From Mobula hypostoma (Eukaryota): DNA of 64,000 nucleotides. Position numbers and translations under genes: made by a program. Under the pieces are notes generated by a model, which saw only the letters and a list, made by a program, of their open reading frames with translations, was not told where the DNA came from and searched no databases. This document shows positions 1 through 11,700 of the stretch, piece after piece; the stretch's first letter is position 1, and each line of letters begins with the position of its first letter. The DNA lies in contig NC_086118.1 in NCBI RefSeq assembly GCF_963921235.1, positions 13,890,001 through 13,954,000 on the forward strand, given 5' to 3'.

Positions 1-1290
1 AGATGAGCTCAATGACTTCTGTGTTCGCTTGACCATCAAAACATGGAGGAGCCATGATGGACTCCCCCAGCCCCCGATGATCTTTCGATTTCAGTCTCTG
101 AAGCTGACGTGCAAGCAGCCTTCAGGAGAGTAAACCCACGAAAAGTATCCGGCCTAGATGGAGTACTTGGCCAAGTACTAAAGACCTGTGCTGATCAACT
201 GGCCGGAACATTCACCGTAACTGTTAACCCCTTGCTTTGGCAGTCTGAGGTACACACCTACTTCAAGCAGACTTCACTTAAACCGGTGCCTGAGAAGAAC
301 ATGGTAACCTGTATCAATGCCTATCATCCAGTAGTACTTACATCCACTGTGAAGAATTGCTCTCAAAGGTTGTTAATGAATCATATCATCTCCTGCCTGA
401 GGAGTAACTTGGATAGGAGTAACTTGCAATTTCCCTACTAGCACAACAGACCCACAGGAGATGCCACCTCATAGGTTCTTCACACAACCCTGCAACATCT
501 GGACAGCAAAGATGCATACATCAGGATGCTCTTTATCAATTACATCTCGGCATTCAATACCACCATCCTCTCAAAACTAATCAATAAACTTCAAGATCTT
601 GACCTCAATACCTCCTTGTGCAATTGGATTCTTGACTTACTCACTTGCAGACCACAGACAGCTTATATTGTCAATAGCATCTCTTCCAGAATCTCCATCA
701 GCACAGGGCACCACAAGGCTGTGTACTTAGCCGACAGCTCTACTCGCTTTACACTTATGACTGGCTGAGCACAGCTCCAGTGCAATGTTCAAGTTTACTG
801 ACAACACCACTGCTGTAGGGAAAATCAAAGGTGAAGAACCAGCATACAGGAAGGAGTTTGAAAATCCAGCTGAGTGGTACAGGAGCCTCAGGACTCACAC
901 CACAGGTTCGTGATCAGTTATTACCTCTCAACCATCAGGCTCTTGGACCAGAGGGGATAACTTCACTCAACTTCACTTGCCCCATTACTGAAATGTTCCT
1001 TCAACCTATGGACTCACTCTCAAGGACTCTTCTTCTCATGTTAAACCATATAAACCATATAACAATCGTATGTTCTGGATATTTATTGCTTACTTATTTA
1101 TTATTATCACTTCTGTATTTGGCACGGTTTGTTGTCTTGTGCACACTAGTTGAACGCCCAGTTGGTGCAGTCTTTCAATTGATTCAATTATAATTATTGG
1201 AGTTACTGAGTATGTTCACAAGAAAGTGAATCTTAGGGTTGTTAATGATGATATATATGTACTTTAAACATAAATTTACTTTAAACTTTG
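1..1290 (+). mobile_element. Rex1/Babar-like non-LTR retrotransposon, degenerate RT fragment joined to its 3' end
   Basis: ORFs 109-441 (VNPRKVSGLDGV..LKTCADQLAG) and 526-768 ([22 protein letters not shown]) are Rex1-type RT; stops and frameshifts; ends in aaatttactttaaactttg tail. Confidence 0.85.
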
Positions 1291-1323
1291 GATTTTTTGA
1301 CTGTGTGCAGAAGAAGGAGCCAA

Positions 1324-1590
1324 TGGAGAGGGTGCAGAAGATGTTCACCTGGTTATTGCCTAGATTGGAGTGTATTGACTATAAGGAGAGGATGGATACA
1401 CTTGCCATATTTCCTCTAAGTTGTATAGAGACTGAGGAACAACCTGATGGAAACATATATAGTGATAAAAGGTTTAGAGAGGGTAGATAGCCAGAGTCTT
1501 TTACTCAGAGGAAAATGTCAAATACTAGAGAGCATATGTTTAAGGTAAGAGGGGGAAATTTTATAGGAGATCTGTGAGGTAACTGGAATA
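1324..1590 (+). mobile_element. CR1-clade LINE 3' fragment
   Basis: ERVQKMFTWLLPRL..YKERMDTL peptide typical of the CR1 ORF2 C-terminus. Confidence 0.7.
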
Positions 1591-2079
1591 TGTTACTGGG
1601 GGAGCACCACTGAAAGCATCCTGACCAGCTGCATGTCCATCTGACACGGGAATTGCAAGGCATCTGACCGCTAGAACCTACAAAAGATTGCAAGGACTGC
1701 TGAGAGGATCATCTCTTACATCCATTATCAGGAGTGCTGCATCAACAGTAGCGTTATACTGTTAACTTCGTAAATTGTGTTATGCTAAATGTCAATCTTC
1801 TGGACTATATTCTATTTGTTTATTTATTTGTGGTAATATTACTTCATGTGTTGTATGAGAGTTATATGTACTGTGATGCGCACCTTGGTCCGGACGAACA
1901 TTGTTTCTTTTGGGGGTATATACCGTATGTTTACAGTCGAATAACAATAAACATGAACTTGAATTTGAACTGAAGCCTTACCTTTGCCTTATGCTTGTTG
2001 GAACAGACTATTCATGTTACTGCCCATTATTATGAAAGAGGATCAATTTCACATTAGAGAACCAAAAACAATTGCTTAC

Positions 2080-2169
2080 CTGTTGTCGGGTAGCTGTGCC
2101 TCTCTCAGCCAGCATAGGTCATACCCATTCAACACCAATTATTACTGTCCAAATGGCAACTTCTGTGCC
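2080..2169 (-). other. Candidate 90-nt exon of an unidentified minus-strand gene
   Basis: Minus strand: ttttgctacttctacag| acceptor and CAG|gtaagc donor in non-repeat DNA; all three frames contain a stop (phase 0 reads GTEVAIWTVIIGVEWV*). Confidence 0.35.
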
Positions 2170-2809
2170 CTGTAGAAGTAGCAAAATGTGTGGCAGAAAA
2201 GTACATTAGGACATTCTTCCCTTATTTTCTATGGTAATCTTTTTCAACAATCTTCATCATAACACATCATAACATAACACATCGACTTTTTTGATGGATG
2301 GATGTACGTACCAATTTTGAGAGCGAGTCAGGCAGTCCAACCACAACTTGTAGTTAGTTACTTTCCCATAACCAGCAATCGAAGAGGATTGATAGAGACT
2401 TGAGGGCACAGTGACTCAGTCTCTAGTACAGATTTGAGTGCTGATGGTTTGGATGTGTAGGTTGTATTGATTGAAGAAAGATCTCGAGCAACCTCACCCA
2501 TCAATCTGCTGTCAGTTTTCTTTTTAACTAATACAACCCTGTCACAATCATTAGACAAGGCCACTTGTAAAATGTCTCTTGAGTATTTCAATGCTGTCCT
2601 TGTTTATAATGATTTATCTTGAGCTGCTGTCATCGAGGCTGCAACCAATGCTGGAGATCTGTTGACAGTGTCATGTTGGCTTGCTGACTTCTGTGGCGTG
2701 GAATACCGACCGGCATCGGCAGCGCTGTACTCGTGCTTTCTCCAGCAGGAGGAAAAATAGAACTTGTGCTCTCACAGACCACAGGTAGAGCCAATACCCC
2801 ACAGTGCCA

Positions 2810-2960
2810 TAGGTTCAATCCTGACTTCGGGTGCTGTCTGCGTGGAGTCCACGTGTCCTTCTTGTGACAGCATGGGTTTTGCTCCAGTTTCCCTCCACAT
2901 CTCTCTTGGTAGATTAATAGGTTGCTACTAATTGATCCTTGTGTGTAGATGAATTGCAGG
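2810..2960 (+). mobile_element. V-SINE-like remnant
   Basis: B-box-like ggttcaatcc followed by V-domain-like gtctgcgtggagt..gcatgggtttt..tccagtttccctccacat. Confidence 0.55.
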
Positions 2961-3429
2961 GTAAATGGCCTGCCCTTATTCTGAGTCTTGGAATGCTGAT
3001 TCTAACATCCTGAGTCATGGGGATCACTGTCCCTACAATCTTTTGATTCCCTTGTAATTGTTAAAAAACCTCAAAGCTTCACAGAATACAAGCATGATCT
3101 TCCCAATCTCCTATATAGCCACTCTGCAATCCGTAAAACTTTATTACTCTCCTTGGAAAATTTATCAATCCTTCGATGTGGAGACCAAAACTGCACACAA
3201 CGCTCCAGGTCACACCAAGTGCAATAAGGCATTTTAGGACAGAGAATATAGAACAGTACAACACAGACGTATGTCCTTTAGTCCATGATACTTGTGCTGA
3301 CCACAATGCCAATTTAATATGCCTGCTCACATGGTATATCTCACATACACTGCCCAGTCCTGTGTCCTAAATGCCTCTTAGATATTGCTGTCATATCCGC
3401 TTCCAACACATCCCTGAATTTCTTTCTCC

Positions 3430-3680
3430 CTAGGCTGCCCGTCCCACAATCCTTTCCCTCCTCCAGCCTCATATCTCTTTTGCCAATCAATTTTCCAGCT
3501 GTTAGCTCCATCCCTCCCCCTCCTGTCTTCTCCTATCATTTCGGATCTCCCCTCCCCCTCCCACTTTCAAATCTCTTTCAGTTAGTCCTGACGAAGGGTC
3601 TCGGCCCAAAACGTCGACTGTACCTCTTCCTATAGATGCTGCCTGGTCTGCTGCATTGCATCAGCATTTTGTGTGTGTTA
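3430..3680 (+). mobile_element. Penelope-like element 3' end with mutated minimal hammerhead (3584-3619)
   Basis: Matches the 3' ends of the larger Penelope copies in the window; agtcCTGACGAagggtctcggccc-aaaac-gtc-gact has the G of GAAA changed to A. Confidence 0.85.
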
Positions 3681-3991
3681 CAAGGATACCTAGTTCCTTT
3701 GAACATTAACTTGTACTAATCTGTCAACATTTAAATGTACTCTGTTTTTTCTGTTTTACACAACAAAGTAAATGGCCTTGCATTATTCCAACATATTCCA
3801 TCTGACATGTATTCACCTACTCACTCATGTTAATGAGTCATAAAACCGTGCATTCATACTCAACAAGAAATTAGTCATAGGCTCCTAGCTCATACGGTAT
3901 TGCCAGCGGTGCTACCTTTCCATCTTTTCAATCAGATAATGACATATTTTGTTGTCACACAATGCCAGTCAATCAACCAGTATCACTAATA

Positions 3992-4078
3992 CAGTGCCTA
4001 TAAAATGTATTCACCCCACCACCCCTTGGAAGTTTTAATTTTTTATTGTTTTACAACATTGTATCACAGTGGATTCAA
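3992..4078 (+). mobile_element. Tc1-like DNA transposon end fragment
   Basis: TA followed by cagtgcctataaaatgtattcacccc, a Tc1-type terminus; no partner end seen. Confidence 0.6.
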
Positions 4079-4087
4079 TAAATAAAT

Positions 4088-5640
4088 ACTTGTTACATAC
4101 ACCTGCTAGGGTGCATTCTCCAGTTACCTTATAACTAGGAGCAGATGTCATCAGGTGGTTCCCAATCTTCACCGAGTGTTTCGACCTTTAACCACGACAC
4201 TCTCCAGTTGGTGGGCCGGCAGTGGTGGCCAAATCACTGCCCATCTGCTCCTGGCTTCCAGCTTCCCTCCTCTCGCCTACTCCAAATCCAACAAGAGGCT
4301 CATTCTGCCTCTTCCCCCATCCTACGAGCTGCTTGTTTTTTGCTCCTTTCATCCAGGCCCAGATCTGACAACCGCCATGCTGATTTGGCTGGGAAACCTT
4401 TGCAGTCGATCTCCACAGGGAGCAACCATGCCTGCCATCCCTTGTCTTTACACTCCTGCACTATGGGCTGGTACTTCAAGGCCTTTCTCTCGTGGTCCTC
4501 TTCCCATTCCTCCTCCCACGGCACAATCAGCTCAACCAGAATTATTTTCTTGTCTTCGGTTGACCACAGTGCAATGTCCAGGCATAGGGTTGTGTGCACC
4601 ACATCCAGGAACTGCAACCTCCTTCCCACATCAACCCTCATCTCCCAGGACCTGGCCGTTAGCAGCAGATTGGGCTTTGGTTGTTTGGTTACGATAGGCC
4701 TGGCTCCCTCTTTGATGAAGGTGATGGCCTTCCTCGAATCTGTGCCAGCCGTCCTCTTCTTGCATCTCTCCTGCTCTAGTGTGTCAGCAAGAGCCAGAAG
4801 CACCTTATCATGGCACCACCTATACCGTCCTTGAGTTAGAGCTGTTTTACACCCAGACAGTATATGAGCCAGTGTTCCATTTGACCACAGAGCTTACAGT
4901 TCGGGTCCTCTCTCATCCCCCATGTGTACAGATGTAATGGTGAAGGAAGGGTGTCATACACGGATCACAAGAGGAAGGAAATATGGAAGGGCTCCAGTTT
5001 CAATAACTCTGCCCACGAGATCTTCCACTTAGGCAGATCCCATTTTGTCCAGGCACCCTGGGATCCTTGCTCCACTGCCTTTGAAATCTGCTTCTCTCCC
5101 TCACGGATCCGTACTTCTGCCTGTACCATGTCTTGCCTGTTCCTTATGCTTGCGTTTCCCCACCGCTGGAAGTGAACTGAGCCGAGGCCTTGCCGCCCGA
5201 CGCAGGGGTTGCCGATGATATCTCACAGCTTCAGAGAACACACTGCCTCCTCCACAGCTGCGCTGGCTGCCCACTTGCGCCCAGATCTGGTTGTAACGCC
5301 TGCTTGCTTTACCAAGACATCATTGGAATCTCTCAAGCTTAATAAGGCTCTGTATTTTGCCACCTTGAATTCTTCCATGACAGATGACAGGGGAAGCTGC
5401 AGTTGCCCAGAACGAATGCAGAGGCCCACTGAAGAGAAGCTTGGGGGAACTCCCAACCATCTCCGCAGGTGCTTGTTGGTTTTCCACTCGATGCCCTCTA
5501 CAACAGTCATGGGGAACTCATAAAGTGTGAAGAACCAGAGAAGCCTGGGCAGAATGCCGTATTGGTACAGCCAAGTCTTGAATTTACCTGGAAGTCCGGA
5601 TTTGTCGATCTTCTTCAGCCATTCCTCTGTCTGCTTCACA
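4088..5640 (-). mobile_element. Hero-like (restriction-like endonuclease) non-LTR retrotransposon, 5'-truncated
   Basis: RT C-terminal region (IDKSGLPGKFKTWLYQYGILPRLLW; LRRWLGVPPSFS), frameshifted CCHC knuckle (CKLC..HILSGC), RLE motif (DIALW..IILVELIVPWEE..KALKY); 3' UTR shared with the copy at 27814-28333. Confidence 0.85.
4143..4202 (-). ncRNA. Candidate permuted/pseudoknotted hammerhead ribozyme in Hero 3' UTR (copy 1)
   Basis: gagtgT-C-gtggtt-aa-aggt-c-GAAA-cactc-(13 nt)-aaccac-CTGATGA-c-atct; stems III and I are each 6 perfect bp abutting the core. Confidence 0.65.
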
Positions 5641-7986
5641 GCATTATATATTTATTTATTTATTCATTGTAATTCAGGATTTTTCTCTATTATTAAGTAT
5701 TGCATTGTACTGCTGTCACAAAGACAACAATTTTTTCTGTTCAGACCAGCATTTTTGATAAAGAAAATTCATGCAATTATTTTTATTGTGAGTTTAGATT
5801 CTAACATTGTAGCAACAAGTATACCTCTTTGGATACTGGTAGAGTGGATGACCTCTCAAGGCAGACCAGCAACAGCCAGGTCAGTAGCACTGTGACCACC
5901 AGGGAAGGGTAAAGTCAGCTTAGCAATAGTTTTTGGAGACTTGGAGGAAGTCCCCGAGCAGATTCTGTGACCGTGAAAGAGAAGGAAGAACGGTGTGCTG
6001 CTAGGGTCCAGGAAGTCTCAAAGCAGATGCAGAAGATTCTCAAGAGAGAGGGTGAACAGCCAGAAGTTGGGGTGCACATTGGCACCAATGACATAGGTAG
6101 AAAGTGGGGAAGGTGTCCTGCTTGATGAATATAGGGAGTTAGGAAAGAAGCTGAAGAGCAGGACCTCCAGGTAGTTATCTCTGGATTACTCCCAGTACCA
6201 CATGCCAGTCAGAGTAGGGATAGGATGATAGTACAGTTGAATGAATTACTGATCAAGTGAAGCAGGGCCAGGGTATCAAGTTTCTACATTATTGGGATTT
6301 CTTCTGGGGAAGGTATGACCTGTGAAAAAAGGACGGTTTACACCTGAACCCAAAGGTGATCAACATCCTTGTGGGCAGGTTTGCCGGAGCAGTTGGGGAG
6401 GGTTTAAACTAACTTGGCAGGGGGGTGGAATCTGGATTGATAGGACTGAGGATGGAGCAGTTGCTATACAAGTCAATGCAGTGTGCAGTGAAACTGTGGT
6501 GAAGGACAGGGAAATAATAGGACAAAATTGCAATCAGTGGGTGAAGTTAAAGTGTAACGGGGGGGCAAAATCAATAAGGGTGATGAATGAGTACTGAAAG
6601 TGTTATGCTTCAATGCACACACACACAGTATACAGAATAAGATAGATGGATTTCTAGTGCAATTAAAGACTGACGTTTCGGCATCCCAGAGTTATGGTTG
6701 AAAGATCATAGTTGGGAGCTTAACATCCAAGGATGCATCGAAAGGACAGGCAGGTAGGCAGGGGGTGGAGTGGCTCTGTTGATAAAAAAGTAGAATAAAA
6801 AATCCTTAGAAAGAGCTGGCATAGGTTCAGAAGATGTAGAATCCTTGTGGGTAGAGTTGAGAAACTGAAAGGGTTAAAAAGACCCTGGTGGGAGTTATAT
6901 ACAGGCTGCTAAACAGTAGCCAGAATGTGGGATATAAATTTTAATGGGAAATAGAAAAGGCATGCAATAAGGGCAATGTTACTACAGTCGTGGGGGATTT
7001 CCATATGCATGTAGATTGGGAAAACGATTTTGGTGCCGGATCCCAAGAGAGGGCTTTTGTAGAATGCCTACAAGGTAGCTTTTTAGAGTAGTTTGTGATT
7101 GAACCCTCTTGGGGAAAGGCAATTCTGGATTGGGTGTTGTGTAATGAACTGGATTTAATTAGGGAGCTTAAGGTAAAGAAACTCTTAGGAGACAGAGATC
7201 ATATTATGATAGAATTCACCCTGAAGTCAAATGTGTCAGTATTACAGTGGAGGAAAGGGAACTATAGAGGCATGAGAGAGGAGCTGTCCAATGTTGATTG
7301 GAAGGGGACACTATCAGCAATGATGTCTGTTCCTGGAAGCAATTCAGAAGGCACAGGATAGACACATCCTAAAGATGAAAAGGGAGTATGAAGCTGCCGT
7401 GGCTAAAAATAGTAGTCAAAGAAAGCAAAAAATCAAAAGAGAGGGCATATAATTTAACAAAAATAGTGGGAAGTTAGAGAATTAGGAAGCTTTTAAAAAC
7501 CAACAGAAGGCAACTAAAAAAACCTTAAGGAGAGAAAAGATGGAATAGCCAGTAATATCAAAAAGAGTACCAAAGGCTTTCCAGATATATAAAAAGAGAG
7601 GTGAGAGTGGATATTAGAACACTGAAAAATGACACTGGAGCAGTAGTAATGGGGTCAAAGAAATGGCGGAGGAACTTAATAAGTATTTTGTATCAGTCTA
7701 CACTGCGGAAGTCATTAGCAATATGCCAGAAATTCGAGAATCAGGAGACAGTAGTGAGTGCAATTGCTATTACTAAGGAGAAAGCACTTGGGAAGCTGAA
7801 AGGTCTGCAGGTAGATAAGTCATCTGGACCAAATGGACTATGCCCCAGCATTCAGAAGGAGGAAGCTAAAGAGATTGTGGAGCATTAGAAACAACAGGAA
7901 TTCTGCAGATGCTGGAAATTCAAGCAACACACATCAAAGTTGCTGGTGAATGCAGCAGGCCAGGCAGCATCTCTAGGAAGAGGTAC

Positions 7987-8022
7987 AGTTGACGTTTCAG
8001 GCCGAGACCCCTCGTCAGGACT
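7987..8022 (-). ncRNA. Minimal type I hammerhead motif (Penelope)
   Basis: agtc-CTGACGA-ggggtctcggcct-GAAAC-GTC-aact; core intact, one stem I mismatch. Confidence 0.75.
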
Positions 8023-9399
8023 AACTGAAGGAAGAGTGAGTAAGAGATTTGAAAGAGGGAGGGGGAGGCGGAGATCCAAAATGATAGGAGAAGACAGGAG
8101 GTGGAGGGATGGAGCCAAGAGCTGGACAGGTGAATGGCAAAGGGGATATGAGAGGATCATGGGACAGGAGGCCCGGGGAGAAAGACAAGGCGGGGGGAGA
8201 ACCCAGAGGATGGGCAAGGGATATAGTCAGAGGGACAGAGGGAGAAAAAGGAGAGAGAGAGAAAGAATGTGTGTATAAAAATAAATAACGGATGGGGTAC
8301 GAGGGGGAGGTGGGGCATTAGTGGAAGTTAGAGAAGTCAATGTTCATGCCATCTGGTTGGAGGCTACCCAGACAGAATATAAGGTGTTGTTCCTCCAACC
8401 TGAGTGTGGCTTCATCTTTACAGTAGAGGAGACCGTGGATAGACCCGACGCAGACTGGGAGACCGCTTTGGTCCCACTAGGAATAGGGTTTCCCTGGTCC
8501 TCACCTACCACCCCACCAGCCTCCGGGTCCAACATATTATTCTCTGTAACTTCCGCCACCTCCAACGGGATCCAACCACTAAGCACATCTTTCCCTCCCC
8601 CCCCCCGCCCCACTTTCTGCAGGGATCGCTCCCTACGCAACTCCCTTGTCCATTCATCCCCCCCATCCCTCCCCACTGATCTCCCTCCTGGCACTTACCC
8701 TTGTAAGCGGAATAAGTGCTACACATGCCCTTACACTTCCTCCCTTACCACCATTCAGGGCCCCGGAGAGTCCTTCCAGGTGAGGCGACACTTCAACTGT
8801 GAGTCAGCTGGGGTGATATACTGCGTCCGGTGCTCCCGATGTGGCCTATATATATTGGCGAGACCCGACGCAGACTGGGAGACCGCTTTGCTGAACACCT
8901 ACGCTCTGTCCACCAGAGAAAGCAGGATCTCCCAGTTACCGCACATTTTAATTCCACATCCCATCCCCATTCTGACATGTCTATCCACGGCCTCCTCTAC
9001 TGTAAAGATGAAGCCACACTCAGGTTGGAGGAACAACATCTTATATTCCATCTGGGTAGCCTCCAACCAGATGGCATGAACATTGACTTCTCTAACTTCT
9101 GCTAACGCCCCACCTCCCCCTCGTACCCCATCTGTTATTTATTTATATACACACATTCTTTCTCTCACTCTCCTTTTTCTCCCTCTGTCTCTCTGACTAT
9201 ACCTCTTGCCCATCCTCTGGGTTCCCCCCGCCCTTGTCTTTCTCCCGGGACCTCCTGTCCCATGATCCTCTCATATCCACTTTGCCTATCACCTGTCCAG
9301 CTCTTGGCTCCATCCCTTCCCCTCCTGTCTTCTCCTATCATTTTGGATCTCCCCCTCCCTCTCCCACTTTCAAATCTCTTACTAACTCTTCCTTCAGTT

Positions 9400-9435
9400 A
9401 GTCCTGACGCAGGGTCTGGGCCTGAAACGTCGACT
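9400..9435 (+). ncRNA. Minimal type I hammerhead motif (Penelope), core variant
   Basis: agtc-CTGACGC-agggtctgggcct-GAAAC-GTC-gact. Confidence 0.65.
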
Positions 9436-11124
9436 GTACCTCTTGCTAGAGATGCTGCCTGGCCTGCTGCGTTCACCAGCAACTTTGATGTGTGTTGTGG
9501 AGCATTAGTATAGATCTTCAAGATTCAGTAGATTCAGGAATGGTTCCTGAAGACTAGAAAATTGAAAATGTCACTCTACTCTTTAAGAAAGGAGGAAGAC
9601 AGAATAAAAGGAATCATATGCTAGCTAGCCTGGCTGCTAGTGAAGATGTTGAGTGCATTAATAAGGGTGAGATTTTGGAGTACTTGATAAAGTAGGCCAA
9701 AGTCAGCAGGGTTTCCCGAAGTGGAAATCTTGCCTGACAATTCTGTTGGAATTCTTTGAGGAAATAACAGGCAGAATAGACAAAGGAGAGTCAGTGGATG
9801 TCATTTACTTTGATTTTCAGAAGGCCTTTGTCCAAGCACACACGTGAGACTGTTTAACAAGATAAGAGCCATGGTATTGTAAGAAAAATGCTACCATGTA
9901 TAGAAGATTGGCAGATTGGCAGGATGCAAAGAGTCAGAATAAAGGGGCCTATTCTGATTGGCTGCCGGTGACTAGAGGTGTTCCACAGGGGGCTGGTATT
10001 AGGACCGCTTCTTTTCACATTATATGCCAATGATTTGGTTGACAGAATTGATGGCTTTGTGGTCAAGTTTGCAGATGATATAAAGACAAGTGGAGGGGAA
10101 GGGATTGTTGAGGAAGCAGCAAGTCTGCAGAAGGACTTGGATAGATTGGGAAAATGGGCAAAGAAGTGTCCCATGAAATATAGTGTGGGGAAGTGTATGG
10201 TCATGCACTTTGGTAGAAGAAATATAGGCATACACTACTTTCTAAAACAGAGAGAAAATTCAAATTCAGAAGTGCAAGGGGATTTGGGAGTCCTTGGGCA
10301 ATATACTCTAAAGGTTAATTTGCTGGTAGTCAGTGATAAGGAAGTCAAATCCAATGTTAGCATTCAATTTTGAGAGGACTAGAATATAAGAACAAGGATG
10401 TACTGCTAAGGCTTTATAAGGCATTGGTCAGACCACACTTGGAGTATTGTAAGCATTTCTGGGCCCCTTATCTAAGAAAAGGTGCTGCCATTGGGGAGAG
10501 TCCAGAGGAGGTTCACAAAACTGATTTTGTGAATGAAAGGGTTAATGTATGATTAATGAAGCATTATGCAGAATTGTGTTTTCTCAACTGTGTCATGTAC
10601 AACTAACAGAAGAATTTTGGGATATGCCCAGGAGATCATGCTGTACTAATAGAGAGAGAAAAAAGGGACAGTGCTAATGCACACTGAAAAAGTGGGTTAC
10701 CTAAAGTTAAAGAACTCAGTTCTGGGTGCAGAAATCTGTAACAGAAGAAAGGGTTGTTGTTCCTCAAGTTTTCCTTAGACCTTGTTGTAACAATGCAGAA
10801 AGCCACAGACCACTGAGTGGGAGTAGAGTAGGTGACTGGTGACAGTTACAGAATAATTGGTGCCATCACTGTGTTCCTTGCAGTCTCTGTGTAAATGGAT
10901 GTTGCATATGGAGTGTAGTGGACTCAAGTTTGGTGATGTATTTTGCACACTGTAAAGCTTTGATTGCAAGATCTGATTTTACAAAATTAATTTGCATAGC
11001 AATAAAAATGTTAGGTAATTGAATTGCTAAGTTGAACTTTCTTCTTTCAAATTATTTTTTGCTGCATGTGGAAAATAATTATTTGATACCTCAATAGATT
11101 GTCTAATACGTCATAGGCTTTAAG

Positions 11125-11320
11125 CTGAAATTCTCAGCAAGTCAGACAGCATCTGTGGTGGGGAATAAACAGTCGCCATTTTGGGCGAGACCCTACATCA
11201 GGACTGAATGTTGGCTTGAAATGTTGACAGTTTATTCCCTACATAGTTGCTGCCTGAGACATGCTGAGTTCCTCCAGCATTCCGTGTGTGTTATTCAACG
11301 TTTCCAGCATCTGCAGAACT
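11125..11320. mobile_element. Old palindromic element made of two opposed Penelope 3' ends
   Basis: ctcagcaagtcagacagcatctgt..ggaataaacagtc is mirrored by gacagtttattccc..gctgcctga..gctgag; decayed hammerhead sequence in the centre. Confidence 0.6.
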
Positions 11321-11424
11321 TATTGGGTTCATGCCTTTCAGCTGAAATGTGGTTTTGAAACTTGAAATTTATTTTATATTGGAAAGTAACTTTGAAGCTG
11401 TACAGTAAATATTATTTTGGCTCA

Positions 11425-11700
11425 GGTAGTGGGAACATTCTAGAGTCAGAAGGTTTTGGGTTCTAATTTCTTGCCAAGGATTTCAGCATTGAAAGTAGAC
11501 TGATTTTTTTTTTTGTGTGTATAAGCAATTATCAGAAATGACAGTTTTCAGATGAGCCAGTAAATTTGTTGGTTCCATTCATTCTGATCTATGTTAATGA
11601 TTCCACAGTAACGTAAAACAGGATTAGAGTTATTTTATGCATTGGCCAATAAACACCAAATTAAATGTCTCTTCAACAGTCATTCATCTCAATTAAACGG
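11425..11700 (+). mobile_element. Ancient Deu-SINE-like remnant
   Basis: gagtcagaaggttttgggttc head, then ttttcagatgag and tggccaata blocks resembling the Deu domain. Confidence 0.4.

Larger units (their letters stand above)
7889..9497. mobile_element. Neptune-type Penelope-like insertion with inverted arms and TSD
   Basis: Minus arm 7889-8444, plus arm about 8471-9497 with Cys linker (YPCKRNKCYTC) and GIY-YIG-type motif (VIYC..YIGET); ttgtggagcattag at 7875-7888 and 9495-9508. Confidence 0.92.
5800..10552 (+). mobile_element. Long degenerate CR1-clade LINE (SGNH-type ORF1, APE and RT), split by a Penelope insertion
   Basis: ORF1 esterase-like motifs (VHIGTNDIG near 6070, DGLHLN near 6332); APE end (AILDWVL..GDRDH); RT (LGPLLFTLYANDL..KFADD; YKALVRPHLEYC); many stops. 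Confidence 0.85.

Noticed and set aside
2358..2591. 77-aa minus-strand ORF in apparently unique DNA
   Set aside because: No recognisable domain, no convincing splice acceptor, and an in-frame stop just upstream; length compatible with chance.
4145..4834. 229-aa plus-strand ORF (and its counterpart 27847-28248)
   Set aside because: Antisense shadow of the Hero ORF.
7885..8278. Repeated 100-120 aa ORFs (MLVNAAGQAASLGRG.. / MILSYP..) at several loci
   Set aside because: Translations of the low-complexity Penelope 3' UTR; lengths and frames vary between copies.
10700..10735. Minus-strand 35-nt exon-like segment with good splice signals
   Set aside because: Lies in what looks like an old, decayed Penelope GIY-YIG fragment (about 10690-10900).
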